From assembly GCA_963730185.1 (NCBI GenBank), contig CAVSQW010000006.1:448001-512000 (forward strand): a stretch of 64,000 nucleotides of DNA, written 5' to 3'. Both the position numbers and the translations under genes were made by a program. The notes under the pieces are model-generated. The model had not been told where the DNA came from. It worked only from the letters and a program-made list of their open reading frames with translations, and searched no databases. Below are positions 62,466 to 64,000 of this stretch, one piece after another. Every line of letters begins with the position of its first letter. Positions within the stretch are counted from its first letter, which is position 1. Source of the stretch: an uncultured Gemmatimonadales bacterium (GTDB lineage: Bacteria; Gemmatimonadota; Gemmatimonadetes; Gemmatimonadales; GWC2-71-9).

Positions 62466-64000
62466 CCCGCCCGAGCCAGGGCGGCGCGCTCCATCTCGGC
62501 CTCGATCTCCAGGCTCTCCCGATCCCGGAAGATGGTCGCCACGGCCCGGACCTCCCGACCGACGTAGTACCGGACCCGACAGTCGAACGCATCGGGATCG
62601 CCGTCGAGCTCCGAGCGGTCCCACTGCTCGGCGTGACCGACATAGGCGATCGTCGCGTCGTAGTGCGCGCTCCAGAAGAAGGGCACGTCCGTGAAGGGGC
62701 GCTCCGCTCCCAGGACGTTCCGGGCGGCGGCCTGCCCCTGCCGCTGCGCGGCGGCCCAGTGCTCCACTCGGATCAGGTCGCCGGTCACGGGATCGGGGTA
62801 GCGAGCGGCGTCGCCGACGACGTAGAGATCGGGCGCGGCCCGGAGATACCGGTCCACCACGATGCCCCGCTCGACCCGAAGGCCCGCCGCCTCGGCAAGC
62901 GCGACCCGGGGGCGTACCCCGACGCCCGCAACCACCAGGTCGGCCTCGATCGTGGTGCCGTCGGAGAGGGTGACCGCCCCCGCGTCGACCGCGCGAGCCG
63001 TGAGGCCGAGGTGGAATGTCACGCCGCGCTTCTGGTGGAGGCGCTGGATGAAGGCGCCCAGATCCGGGCCGAGGACCCGCTCGAACAGCGTCCGCTCGGG
63101 GGCCACCACCCGAACGTCGACGCCTCGGGCCCGGAGCGCGGCCGCCACCTCGAGACCGATGAAGCTGGCGCCCAGCACCACCGAGCGGTGCCCCGCTTTC
63201 GCGTCGGCGACGATGGTCCGACTGTCGGCCAGGGTCCGGAGATACCGCACGGCGGGCCGGCCGCCACCCTCGAGGGTGAGACGAATCGGCTCCGCCCCGG
63301 GAGCGAGCAGGAGCGCGCCGTATCCGCGCCGCTCACCGCCGGCCAGCTCGACCTCGTGACGCGCCGGATCGATCGCGGCCACTTCGCGCCGCACCACCTC
63401 AACCCCCAGGTCGTCGTAAAAACCGGGCGGATGGAGCGGGATCCACTCTTCGGGCGCGTTTCCGGCCAGGTAGTCCTTGGACAGGTTGGGTCGATCGTAG
63501 GGCGCGTCGGAGTCGAGGTCGACCAGGGTCACCGGCCCAACGTAACCCTGCTTCCGAAGCTCTTCGGCAGCCGCGGATCCGGCGGCGCCGGCCCCGACGA
63601 TCAGCACCGAGGCGGGAGACACCTTGGGCGTCCGCTCCGGATGGCTAGCGGGCCACCCCGATTCGACCTTCGCACCGACGACGACCTGGCCGCCCGTTTC
63701 GGTCACCGTCCAGCGGGCGACCGGCAGGAGCGCCGGTCCGCCCACGGCTTCGCCCGTCGCGAGCGAGAAGCAGGCGTGGTGCCAGGGACACCGGATCGTC
63801 TCCCCCACCACAAGCCCCTCGGCCAGCGGGCCGCCGTAGTGGGAGCAGGTCGCTCCGATGGCGAATATCCGGTCGCCCCGGCGGACGACCACGACCGGCT
63901 CGCCACCCGCGTGACCGAGCAGCGGCTGCCCTTCGACCAGCGAATCGGCGGCGACGCCGAGAGCCAGATCGGGGCCTTGGAGAGTTGGGGGTGTGTCGGA
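62462..64000 (-). CDS. Rieske [2Fe-2S] + FAD-dependent oxidoreductase (start lies just outside the window)
   Basis: CSHYG...CPWHH, GAGAAG, PYDRPNLSK, GASFIGLE, RVEHW and VPFFWS motifs; frame open to base 64000. Confidence 0.94.
   Translation of the reverse strand, partial: SDTPPTLQGPDLALGVAADSLVEGQPLLGHAGGEPVVVVRRGDRIFAIGATCSHYGGPLAEGLVVGETIRCPWHHACFSLATGEAVGGPALLPVARWTVTETGGQVVVGAKVESGWPASHPERTPKVSPASVLIVGAGAAGSAAAEELRKQGYVGPVTLVDLDSDAPYDRPNLSKDYLAGNAPEEWIPLHPPGFYDDLGVEVVRREVAAIDPARHEVELAGGERRGYGALLLAPGAEPIRLTLEGGGRPAVRYLRTLADSRTIVADAKAGHRSVVLGASFIGLEVAAALRARGVDVRVVAPERTLFERVLGPDLGAFIQRLHQKRGVTFHLGLTARAVDAGAVTLSDGTTIEADLVVAGVGVRPRVALAEAAGLRVERGIVVDRYLRAAPDLYVVGDAARYPDPVTGDLIRVEHWAAAQRQGQAAARNVLGAERPFTDVPFFWSAHYDATIAYVGHAEQWDRSELDGDPDAFDCRVRYYVGREVRAVATIFRDRESLEIEAEMERAALARAG

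Overview
This is a GC-rich bacterial window of mostly accessory and housekeeping genes. The gene content (two PadR + ADOP-type permease modules, a Ser/Thr kinase with TolB-N/TPR-like domains, many exported hydrolases, small 'ERLDFxER' membrane proteins) suggests Gemmatimonadota; that assignment is inference only. About 55 CDSs are supportable, and I found no rRNA, tRNA, CRISPR array or mobile element. Several genes carry 1-bp indels, densest at about 49.5-52.7 kb, and these look like unpolished long-read errors. The best leads for undescribed biology are: (1) a DNA-damage-like cassette with a TTGACA promoter, a CGAA-N7-CGAA direct repeat, an unannotated 56-aa Cys-rich zinc-ribbon microprotein and an SplB-like radical SAM gene; (2) an NSS sodium symporter flanked on both sides by paralogous 45-aa membrane microproteins; (3) a tandem triplet of exported PD40-propeller amidohydrolases; (4) a PAS + Fis-HTH mini-regulator lacking the AAA+ domain, with a palindrome upstream of its own gene; (5) an Asp/Glu racemase homologue missing both catalytic cysteines. 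All family calls come from motif recognition by eye, not from database searches.
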